From Cystobasidiomycetes sp. EMM_F5 (taxonomy: Eukaryota), in assembly GCA_051047955.1 (NCBI GenBank), contig JBPGPT010000014.1:310001-374000 (forward strand): a stretch of DNA of 64,000 bases. The letters are read 5' to 3'. Position numbers and translations under genes: made by a program. The notes under the pieces were generated by a model. It was not told where the DNA came from, made no database searches, and saw only the letters and a list, made by a program, of their open reading frames with translations. Below are positions 54,683 to 64,000 of this stretch, in pieces; the stretch's first letter is position 1; each line of letters starts with the position of its first letter.

Positions 54683-57000
54683 TTAGCCAGTATGCGTAAC
54701 ATCAATATCGCTACAACCGATGCAATTGACACCGTCACAGCCGGGTACGTGCGATAACCTACGGCCCTTTGCAGGGCGAGGCTTTATAGTCGACGCGGTC
54801 GAACTTTGAGGAGGATCGGGATGCGCAGCAGGCTGATATTCGCGGACAATTCGAGGCACTCAGCCTACGTTAATACTATTCGCTCAAAGTGGAGTCTCAC
54901 CTCGACTGCTGCGAGCTTGGATTGTTTGACGTGTATTTTTTGGTGCCGGCGAAGGTTAGATGCAACCGTGAATGGTCGCCCGCATTGATCGCCTGTGAGG
55001 TATTAAACGCAGTTCAGGACAAGTACATACATTTTACGCATCACCGCACAAATGAACGGTTTCTCGCCGGAGTGTATGCGTTCGTGGACAGTCAATGCCG
55101 AAGGTCGTGGGAACTCTTCAGATCAATCCCAGTAGTCAGCACAAATCACTCAGGCTGTACCGGATTTGCGACAGCGAACTTACTTCTACTGCAAAGTTTA
55201 CATTCGTACAGCCTTTTCGTTGAATCCATAGAGCTCGTACTTGATGTCGAAGGAAGGGGTGGATCTTCTTCACCAAGGTCCGCTGGGCTGGAGGCAATAC
55301 TCAACATTTCTTCGCTGTCTTGAAACAATGGCGACGATCCTGCCGAAGCAGGTGGCGGATCCACCCTGACATTGCTTGGATCAGTATTGAAGTATTCCAT
55401 GTGAGCGGACTGCCACTGTGCAATATCGTATGTGACGGCTTGACTCGGTAGACTGGACTTTAGGGCTTGTGAAGGCTGTGCGCTCAGTATTTGAGAAGCT
55501 TGACCTGATGCATTTGTCGGGCCTTCGGTGATTTCGAAAGAGGTACCTCTTCCATCGGTGGCGGAGACGAGGCCACCTTGTTGTTCATAAAGAGAATGAT
55601 CGCCCACGTCGCGATGCTTGATGGTACTGAAAGCCTCGTGCGCAAAGCGTGTGGGACTGACCTGGAAGTCCCACCCATGCTGATCGTCGTTGTATACAGC
55701 CCCTAAACCGCCGTGTGAAGCATGATCGATAGGAGGATGTATTATAGTCTCCAGTTGGCCCGTTGTCTGCTTTGCGGAAAAGTGAAGTATGCAAATCAGT
55801 TATCAGCATGTACAACACGAGGTAGCCACTCACTACACCGTGTCTGTAGCTGGATGGTCCAGGTGGATTCGAATAGCGCCGAGGCGGACTTGACAATCTG
55901 TGAGTGTGAACTCGGTTCGTTGGCTCGCTGTCAGACTGCTTTCGTGAATGTACGTGATTTTCGTTGTATGGTGCAGGTCCAGCAGGGGTCGTCTGTTGTT
56001 GAATGGAATCATCTCTCTGAGCAGGAAGCTGATGACTGTGATTTCGAGCATAGCTTTGAGCATCTGTGGATTCCCACATGGCTGGCGAGAATTGGACGTA
56101 GGTTTGGTAGTAGTATGGCCCAGACGCGGAAGAGTCCATCGTCTGCGGAAGAAGAGTAGGCTGATGCATGCGGCGATCGGAGGAGGGATGGGAATCTGTA
56201 GAAATACCCATATCTTTACTTCGAGCCCTACTTGAAGCAGATGCGGAAGAACCACCCGAAAGTTGAGCGGTCGATGGGCCAGCGAACTGCTGCCATGGGT
56301 AGGCTTGTGCATCATCACTAGCTGTGCCAACCTGGGTTTTCAAGTACTGCTGGACAAAGTTGCTAGCTTGACTACTAGGTTGGTTGACTGAAGGATAGTC
56401 AAAGTGCGAATCGGGCACGTTTCCCTGTCCGTCTGTACTACTAGTACGACTAAAAGCTGGCGGATAAGCTTGCGCGCCAGGACCATTGGCTTGCATGGAA
56501 AGCCCTGCTTGTAAGGCCAATGTGGAAGATTGGTACTGACGTAGTTGAGCTTGATATACCGCTCCGCCATCGCCCCACCTCGATCCCTGACCGAGTGTAT
56601 CGACTGTAGCTGTCGCATTTTGCGCATCTGAGTGCAGCACCATTGGAAGGTGAGTACGCTGGTCACTGCCATTCCCATCCAAGATTTCCTGCCGTTCGTG
56701 CCCGGGCATCATCATATCGGAGAGTGAAGCGTCGCTCGCCGATAGCGTACGCTCTGTACTGAGTTGACGACCAGAAGCCAGCATGCTGAAGTAGATGTCT
56801 CCACTATCGCTCGAAGTCGAGCTGAAGTTGCCTGTATGACTTGAATCGTAGTTATTGTCCCATCCGTACTGTCCGTAATTTCCAAATTTGTTGATGTCTT
56901 TGGAGGCGAATGTGACAGAGTCCTCGAAGCACAAAGCTTCTCCCCAAACGCCGCTATCTGACTGAATATTTGGTTGCAAAGGTCTGCCGTAGGACGACAT
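54683..57000 (-). CDS. C2H2 zinc-finger transcription factor (two C-terminal fingers); exact stop uncertain
   Basis: YECKLCSR|KFPRPSALTVHERIHSGEKPFI|CDQCGRPFTVASNLRRHQKIH, preceded by a long S/Q/P-rich region. Confidence 0.85.
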
Positions 57001-57931
57001 GTACTGCAGTCGAGGTATTCGATGTGCTAGTAAAGCCGTCAGAAACCGCTAAACGTCAGACCCGGCGAGAACACTTTGACCTACGACTTGACCGAAGGAA
57101 TCTTGTGCGTGGATCCGTCCAAGCTGCTCAGTACGTCCTCAATCTCCTCAAGGTTGCTACCGCTGTGCTAGCATTCGATTTCCTGTGATTTGTCCAGATT
57201 TGGCGCAACACAAAACACAAGCACCAGCGCAGAGACTATGTCGCAGTGTCCAGGATCGTCTTCGGACCAGGTTGAAGTGCAAGTGTCACTGCTGAACGAG
57301 CGTGACTGCGCTCTCGAAGCTGTGGATTGTCCTTCTCTGCCAGCCTGGGTTGCCGATGCACGTCGAATCTCGGAGCAGCGTGTCGGCAGTATTGCTTTTC
57401 GAACAGAAGGCCGGTCGTATCTGGCTATGTGCTGTAATTCGGTGCGTCTCGTGTTGGCCAGCACCCAAAAGCAGACCAGTTTTGTCGCCCTTTTGCCTTG
57501 GCTGGCTGGAACAAACTGCGATGCCGTGCGACAAGTCTCCGCTTGTCCGCAAGGTACCGGTGCAGCTGATGTGTTGATATCGGAAACGGCGAGCGGCGGA
57601 TAGCCAACGAGTAGCGGTATCTTCCACGGGAAAGCTGAACACCGCGCTCGCAGCTCAATTACGACAAAGCCAGCAGTCTCAAAATCTATGCTAATTGGGG
57701 CGAAAATGCAGAATGGATTCGTCCATTTTTTGCCACTAAATCCGATAAAAACTCTATGATGCTGTCATTGCGGGTGCTTCCCGCCCATGTTGTCCCATTG
57801 TGCGAACGATTCCGCTGCCCCCATAAAACCTGCATCACGGGGAGTGTCGTATACCCAAGGCAGACGGCATACGCGCTACCGAAAAGCAATGACACTACAG
57901 TACTATCGCCGGCGGCATGTAGATTCCCAGA

Positions 57932-60900
57932 TCAATACGCCAACAAAGCACGCTTCTTTAGGGGACTCTTGCAAGCTGCGTCCTCCGAGCCGGTGCTTAT
58001 ACTGCGTTCATGCTTAAATACTGAATCGCAATCTCCGAAGGTGCTGGTCCTCTTTGCTAATGACGGACTGCCGGTCTTAACCGTGTGCTGCGACAGAGTG
58101 GGTCGAATGGCCCGTTGCGTTGGAGTTTGTTCGACAGCAGCTTCGTAGTCAGATCGAACATTGTGTAAACGATGCGCCCGCGGCGGCAATATCAATAGCC
58201 ATCCACGACTGTCGACCAAAGTAAAGAACTTGTCAAGTAATGGCAGCGAAGCTAATGTGCTCCTCGAACCAAAGATGACGAGCTTGCTCTTTGCTCGAGT
58301 GAAGCATACGTTAATGCGCCTCCAGTCCCGTAGGAGGTCCCCAGTGTTCGCTTCCGCATTAGAGCGCACCAGGGAGACCAAAATACACTCCTTATCGCGG
58401 CCTTGAGAACGATCAGCAGTGAGGATTTCGATACCGGGATATTGGTCCAGTCTCTCGGATATCTGCTTAATCTGTTGACGATACAAAGTAATAACACCGA
58501 TTTGGCTTTCGCGGACGCCGCCCGCAACCAGCGCTTTCGCAGTCTTTGACTCCTCGTCAGCGCTGGCGCACTCAATCGCAACGATGTAGCTCACCTGCTG
58601 GACCAAGTCGGCCTCCACAACATTTGACACCAGATGGCCAGCCCTGTTCTCAGGACCGGGTACAGCATCTGTGTCAACGAATACGACTCGACAGCTAAAA
58701 GGAGAGGTCAGCCTTGCGGCATTTTGTCACTTCTAAGCTACCTACATTGGCTCCATGATCTTCTTGAGCCAGCAAACTCCTCGTTCTATGCAGGTCTGGC
58801 ATTTGCATCCGCTTCCGTCTACGCGAGGAATTCTCAATGCACAGTTTGCGACGAGCTCGTTGCCGCACACCAAACGATTGTGGTAGATGAGATGATTGGA
58901 CACTGTCATGATGTCTTCGTTCATTCTGTACTGCCGCGTGAGATATGCAACAGCCGATGGATGAGCCTCCGACAATCGCCTAAAGAGGCTGACTTCCAGA
59001 CCATCCTGTCGAGCTCTGCGGCTGCGGACAAGAGGCGGGAGCTGATTGTGATCCCCGACAAGTACAAACTTGTCTGCGAAGCGGAGTGGGCCTAGGCATG
59101 TTGGTAGCGTAATTTGCGAGGCTTCATCGACTATGCAGTAGTCAAATTTGCGGCGAGAAAAGAGCGGATGGTCGATTGCGAGTGCTGTGGCAGCGACAAC
59201 TTGCGGAGTAAAGTACCGCTGCTCCAGCTGAGCTACCGATGTCGCAGCCTCTAGAGCATCGAGCGTAAGGTGAGCTATTTCCGGCATAACCTGTAAATTT
59301 CCATTCCTTCAGCTGGACATGCATTCACTGTGCTATGGACTTACCTTGGTGGCATGACCCAACCGAAGTATCTTGATGTCAGAGTCTTTCAGTTTCAAGA
59401 GTATATTATCGACAGCAGAATGCGTATAGCTCGTCAAGAGCACGCTTTTGCCTGCAACAGCGAGCGTCTTGATGATTTCTACAATGGTTGTAGTCTTGCC
59501 CGTACCGGGCATGCCAAGTATCAGGGCATAGTCTTCAGCATTCAGCACCTTTCTGACAGCCGCAATCTGATCTTCGTTTAATTCGTTGTTTTTGTCGAGG
59601 AGAGGCGCGAGCGGACTTTCCGCAAAGACAGGCCTGTCCAAATCAACCACCAAGCGGCGCCTCTTCTGATCGCCATTGGCATAGAATAGCTGTGCGAGGT
59701 TGTCGCGAAGGCGACCCATACCTGCTTGAAGCTCATCCTTATCAACGCGGAAGACTGTTTCTTTCGCTGTCTTTCGACCGGGAAAGTGCACGAGCGAATG
59801 ATCCAGACCAAGGAGAGCAGAGTCTGATGTCAATTCCAGGACAAAGCCACGAGCCAGGCCAAGTGTAGCTGGCTCTGCGCTAACCACCACAGGGTCCCCA
59901 ACAGAGATATGCCCACTGGTCAGAGCTTGTGCGGAAGGCGAGGCCGACGAGTGCGATGGCGTCGCATTGTGATCAGAGGACTCGTAGGGCAGAACGGACC
60001 TAGTCATTCGGTACCTGTAACGGTATGTCTGGTCGCCGGAATAGTTGGTACTTTCGCAGCCTAGCGAACTCGACTTATCGATAACCATACTGGCGAAACA
60101 CTTTCCGTGCCGTTGCCTTTCGAGCGCCGACATTGTCCATATTTCCTTCTTGGTACGCATGGATTCGGACTCCTCAAGCGAGATTAGTCTTTCCCACTTC
60201 TCGAAGAACTCTGTATGGGCCGTAGTGAGGTGTGCGGTGCGGTCGTCATAGATTTCCTGCATATCATCGTGCTTGAGGGACTTGACCTTCTCCGCACTGC
60301 GTCTGTACAGCATACACCCATCAGCGGCATAACAACGCTTGCACTGCTTGACATCGTCAATGGCGGGCGGCAATAGGCGCTTTTCAGACAGGGCAGTCGG
60401 CAAATCCTCGATATCAACCAAGTCCAGATCATCCCACAGCGCGTCGTCCGGTTCACTGGAGGCAACAGCTGCTCCTCTATACGGCGAAGCTGCAGGAGCT
60501 GGCTTGACTGGCGAGCTTACGAGACGCGGCGGCTGACTTGGAGGCAAACCTGCAATGTCGTCTGCGCTATCGTTGACGTATGATGCCTTGCCATGGGTCA
60601 AATAGCGGGCAATGTCGTTTCGCGACACTATTAGTCCCCGCAACTCGTTTCTTGTCGCTTGCACGTGAATGACGTCGCTACTTTGTGTGTAGTAAAGTAA
60701 GCCAGATTCAATCGGCTGATCTGAACGCGCCAATGACATTAACAGACGCTGTGTCAGTCAGATGTAACCAACTCACCATATCTGTCGCTCATCATCTGTG
60801 TGTACAGCATTGTCTGTGCGCGATGCGTCAAGACGCCTGTACTTCGCCCAGTCTTGATCTCAAAGGGCAATGTTGCCGTGCCTCCCTGACGTGCAGAGAA

Positions 60901-62515
60901 AACAGCATTCTGTGGTCTTGTTACCACGGTCTGTACAGACGCGTCGACTTTGCCTTTCAACCCAAGTCGTGGCGACCAGATCTCCTCTTCGATGTCGAGC
61001 ACTCCGGGAATAGCCAAACGAAACGCGACGAGCGGATCGGTATCCCGCTGCCGGGGATCAGTCAGGAACGCATCGGGCTGTCAAGCGCACTTAGCAATTC
61101 GGCATGCTCCTAGCCGTTGTCGAACACACCTTGGGCACGGTACCGAGAAACCGCTCTGCAAATTCTGTAAAGCCAGCACTCTTCTCCTTCATGTATTGTC
61201 TCGCCGTGTCGGTCTCGATGCCTAGCATGAATAGTGCGTCCACGTTTTTGGACATCTTGAGCAGCTTATTGATTTGCTCAACGCGCTTGTTGAAGCCGAA
61301 TGCTCGTTCGATTATTTCGGCCTCCGAGAGCGAGTCTGGCAAGGCCACGTCGGGATCGCTAAACTTGGTCATTGTCAACATACACGATTGAAAGATTTCG
61401 TGGAGTAGGTTTCCGTAAACGAGTGCTGGTGTCGAATCTGAGCCGCTGCTCTTCATCTTTTCTTGCACGACAGCTTTGCGTCGACACTGTACTGTATCGC
61501 TGACTCTGGTTGCGGATATGAGGGTATCGGGCAGTACAATGAGGAGATTGTCCGAGGAGTAGCTCATAGTGCAGGTGGGCAAAAGGGTGTCGTGATCAAT
61601 GAGCGAAGTGCCAACATCAGGCGGCTTTTGCTCGACGAAGTCTCCGATGACATTAACAATGTCGCCTACTTCCAGCTCAGTCGTAGCCCACTCGTCTAGC
61701 AATACGAGACGGCGTGCTTCCATGGTAGACTCAACATCGACTATGACAATCTGCGAGGGCGATCCCGTCAGTCGTGTACTAATGGCAGATAATCGTCATT
61801 GTATACCTTTTCACGGCGAAAGTCGCGAAGTATCTTCTCGGAGACATTGTTAACGCTGCACCTTGTGAAGCGTTGAGATAGAGGTACCTAAATGAATGTC
61901 AGTAACCTTTCCTCGCGTATCTTAACATGTACCACATACATATCCCGGTACGTTACGCTTGTCCTCCCAGATGGTATCAGCCTTAGACGCCGGTGTCTGG
62001 TGATACTGCTGAACCGGGCTAGATGGATCTGCAAGCTTTTGTATCTGTGTCGTGGTCGCTCTACTCCGCTTAAACTTCTCGTTCGGCAGCGATGAATGCT
62101 TGCCGTTCCCGCTCGAAGGGATCGACGGGGATGTGATATGCGAGCGAGACAGCGACGGAAGGGAAGTCGGTGTGCTTGAGATTTTGGCGCCCACAACTGG
62201 AACGCATGTTTTGGCAAATGGCTTAGGTCTGTTTGCTAGCTTTGTAGGGCCTTGATTGCCAGTGACGGGACTTAGAGGTGTCCGATATACAGGGTATGGA
62301 CCAGCGCGATTATCAATGCGAGAGGGCGAGCGTGAATGTCGAGCTACAAACGAAGAAAGTTTGCCCTGGGTGCGCGATGACGGCGTCCGACTTGGCTTCG
62401 ACGCAGCTTCGAAGACTTTGCCGGTCGCCTGGCCTTCGAGATTTCGCAAAGCGGCCTCGTCCAGGTCTGCGAATATCGAATCTAGAATATCAAAGTCATC
62501 GCTAGCAGGATTCAT
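57932..62515 (-). CDS. DNA2: Dna2 nuclease/helicase
   Basis: PDTLISATRVSD..CRRKAV, GNLLHEIFQ, DIEEEIWSPRLGLKGKVDASV, PFEIKTG, HRAQTMLY, Fe-S cysteines CKRCYAADGC, Walker A GMPGTGKTT, DEASQ, LVGDHNQLPP, QYRMN, ADRSQGRDK. Confidence 0.96.
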
Positions 62516-62813
62516 GGGGACCAGCAGTAGTCACAGCAGATCTAGACAAGCACAGTTGGGGAAATGCTGTTATCTGACGAGGAGCCAGCACAAGTCAACA
62601 ACGCCACCGTCGCGAAAAACAAGTCGCGTCTGGCGCGAAAGACAAAATAAACGTGCAAAGACGTGTGCATATCAAGCTCAAATTGAAATACCTAATTGCA
62701 CAAAGACATGATCCAAGGTGACTAATGTAACAACAACGCTGCACGGCAAAATTGGTGCCCTTCTGCCAAACAGGCCATCCAAGATTGCTCTCTCAAACCG
62801 AGATTCCCTGACC

Positions 62814-64000
62814 TCAGAACGATTGATCCCAATCACCGTCAAAGATAGATTCATCAAGACCTTCAGCCGCAAGATCTAGCGGCTCAACTTTGGCACAGGC
62901 TAGAGCGGCTCTCGATGCTGCGACCTTTTCTCGAGCCGCATTTGCTTTTGCAGGTTGCACAATCGTCGGACGCTTGAAAGGCTTGATGACTGACACTTCC
63001 CGAGGGAGCTGCTGCTGCTGCTGCTGTTGCTGTGATGACCGTGAAGTGCTCAAACTGCGGCTGCCAGTCCTGCTCAATCCGCAGCGTACAGTCTCCCGTG
63101 AAGTCAAGACGGCTTCTTTTGAAATAGTTTTCATCGGCACTTGCGCGGTTTCGCTGGTCAGATTTCTCGCAGGATTCGGACTTTTTGCAATTTTCGGGGC
63201 TAGTGGCTTGCTACTCAGAGTTCGGCCCGATGTCGCGAGGTCAGATTGCTCTAATGGCCTCGCTACCGCCGCAGAGACTGGTGGAACACCTTGCCCTAGG
63301 GTCTTGGTCTTGGCCTCGCGCTGATCCCTACGAGCGAAGCCGACCCAAGTTTTCGGAGATTCCTGTTTTTCGTTTGTCGATTTCAACACCCTTGATGTGT
63401 CCGACGTGTCCGGCCTTGTCGCTGGCAAACACTTTGCGGGAGAAGCAGGCGCTCCACCTCGTTTGACTCGTTGTGATGGTGCTGGACTGTCATCCTCCCT
63501 AATCTGGCTCAATGCCATTTCAAAACTTGGATCATCCTGCCAGTAGTCCCCTTCAACGTCGAGCGACATGGAGTCATTGTGAGGTTTGTTCGACTTGCTT
63601 TCGACTACATTGCTTTGCGCAAGCCATGATGTCGACGCACTGCGTGGCTGAGAATCAACGACGAAAGCCGTCTCAGACGATTTTGTGGTGTGTGACGACG
63701 ATCTTCGATGCTGAAGAATCGGAGGGTAATCTGCCAATACACATGTATCTGCTTTATTACTCTGTGCTGATTGTTGTTTGCGTGTTTCGTTCGCTGGCTC
63801 TAGTCTCTTTTCCAATGCTGCATTAGGCAACGACTTGATATCAACTGTTGCCGAGCGAAGAATATCTTTAGCTTGGTTCAATGTATGAATTGAAGGTTCT
63901 CACATGTCCTTGTAGCTTCCATTATTTTAGGCCCCTGCGGGGCTGCATGCAACTTTGGCTGGGCATCCCGAACACCCGGTGCCAATTTGATGGCGGCCAA
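62814..64000 (-). CDS. 3' part of a hypothetical low-complexity protein (continues beyond the window)
   Basis: Long S/P/K-rich ORF. An upstream exon stays open to the window edge across a gtgaga..caacag intron. Acidic C-terminal tip DESIFDGDWDQSF*. Confidence 0.6.
63008..63032. repeat. Short CAG/CTG trinucleotide run encoding poly-Gln
   Basis: gctgctgctgctgctgctgttgctg on + strand; the ORF reads SSQQQQQQQQLP. Confidence 0.8.

Noticed and set aside
62814..64000. Possible extra N-terminal part of DNA2
   Set aside because: It ends in a clean stop about 300 bp before DNA2's own plausible ATG, and I found no connecting intron.

Overview
A compact, intron-rich fungal genomic window. A basidiomycete, plausibly a yeast-like Pucciniomycotina, is inferred from protein style and short ~45-60 nt GT-AG introns with CTRAY branch points. 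I could splice about 30 protein-coding genes by hand. Most are conserved housekeeping genes: DPB2 (3' end), NAC-beta/EGD1, tRNA ligase TRL1, VAMP7-type SNARE, histone H3, SEN54, ARG5,6, BUD20, gephyrin/CnxE, LCB2, malic enzyme, KIN28/CDK7, GNA1, a Dus, RPS24, RPL38, NOSIP-like and DNA2. There are also two tandem paralog pairs (F-box proteins; MFS transporters), a GH16 glucanase, a DHA1 transporter, a C2H2 transcription factor and several orphans. I found no tRNA, rRNA, CRISPR or transposon. The most notable unexplained signals are: (1) two unusually long introns in ARG5,6 whose nested base-pairing buries their own splice signals (branch point and 3'SS in one, 5'SS in the other), a candidate regulated-splicing switch in arginine biosynthesis; (2) fold-back structure in the long introns of RPS24 and RPL38; (3) an intronless orphan built from four copies of an 8-cysteine module; (4) a bistable hairpin 3' of histone H3; (5) a malic enzyme with both a mitochondrial-type N-terminus and a PTS1-like C-terminus; (6) TRL1 and SEN54 lying about 3 kb apart. 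All gene models and pairings were read by eye, and no folding energies or database searches were run.
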